Positions 63,697 to 64,000 of a DNA stretch of 64,000 nt are shown one piece after another. Position 1 is the stretch's first letter; the number at the start of each line of letters is the position of its first letter. The notes beneath the pieces were generated by a model that was not told where the DNA came from, searched no databases, and was given only the letters and a program-made list of their open reading frames with translations. Location: NCBI GenBank assembly GCA_033442325.1, contig JAWQFM010000034.1:1-64000 (forward strand), read 5' to 3'. Origin of the DNA: Salpingoeca rosetta (lineage: Eukaryota > Protista > Choanoflagellata). The translations under genes and the position numbers were made by a program.

Positions 63697-64000
63697 TGCA
63701 CACACACACACACGCGCACACACCCATATGTATGCAGCGCAAGCGGAAGGAAGACTGGGAGAAGAAAGCGCGTGCAGTGACGCGGGCGGCGGAGGCCGAG
63801 GAGACGGCGGCAAAGGACAAGACCCCCGACGACGAGGTGCTGCACACGAACACACGTGTTTACAACTTGCAACCTTGACTGTGCTTTGTTCTGTGTTGTG
63901 CGTTTGGAAGGCTGTGTGGTCGTGGAAGTGTTGAGATGGCGAGCGTTTGCTGTGTTCCAGTGTTCACCCCATCTTTCTCACCGCGTTTTTTAACACCTAT
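62468..64000 (+). CDS. TPP2: Tripeptidyl-peptidase II (subtilase S8), 5' exons; runs off the window
   Basis: Spliced: LIPAQETGALAIQ|RNDPECDGRGIRIAVFDTG|VDPAALHLKTTTDGKPKIIDIVDTTG|SGDVDM...LTGRTFK|VPEAWACPSGEVRVGVK. This matches the TPP2 N-terminus including the catalytic Asp motif DTG. Confidence 0.92.

Overview
Intron-rich eukaryotic DNA with GT-AG introns full of (CA)n/(GT)n tracts and four N gaps. The style and gene content (Hedge-vWA protein, receptor with a Tyr-motif tail, ITPR-like channel) point to a choanoflagellate such as Salpingoeca; this is inference. Most six-frame ORFs are microsatellite noise, so I assembled genes by hand from splice sites. In order: (1) ~1-12 kb decayed zone with frameshifted exostosin (GT47) and importin-5 relics; (2) 12453-18881(+) a 16-exon LRR-Roc-COR-PARP-like (ART) gene whose 11 LRRs are each one 84-nt phase-2/2 exon in a mosaic tandem array, varying mainly at beta-strand surface positions (best candidate for an undescribed diversifying immune-like receptor/effector); (3) a secreted Hedgehog-N/vWA/cadherin-like/C-type-lectin gene(-), head-to-head with an intronless L-domain/LRR gene(+); (4) an intronless repeat beta-propeller gene(-); (5) a 17-kb type-I receptor gene(-) in which Cys-propeller-TLDc-Cys cassettes are nested twice inside split FN3 domains; (6) a long (CAA)n tract; (7) an apparently intronless, divergent ITPR-like channel lacking IP3-binding residues and the GGGVGD filter; (8) a multipass membrane protein with a TIR domain retaining the catalytic Glu; (9) a secreted FReD/COLFI-like protein(-); (10) the 5' part of TPP2. 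All family calls come from motif recognition by eye; no searches were run.
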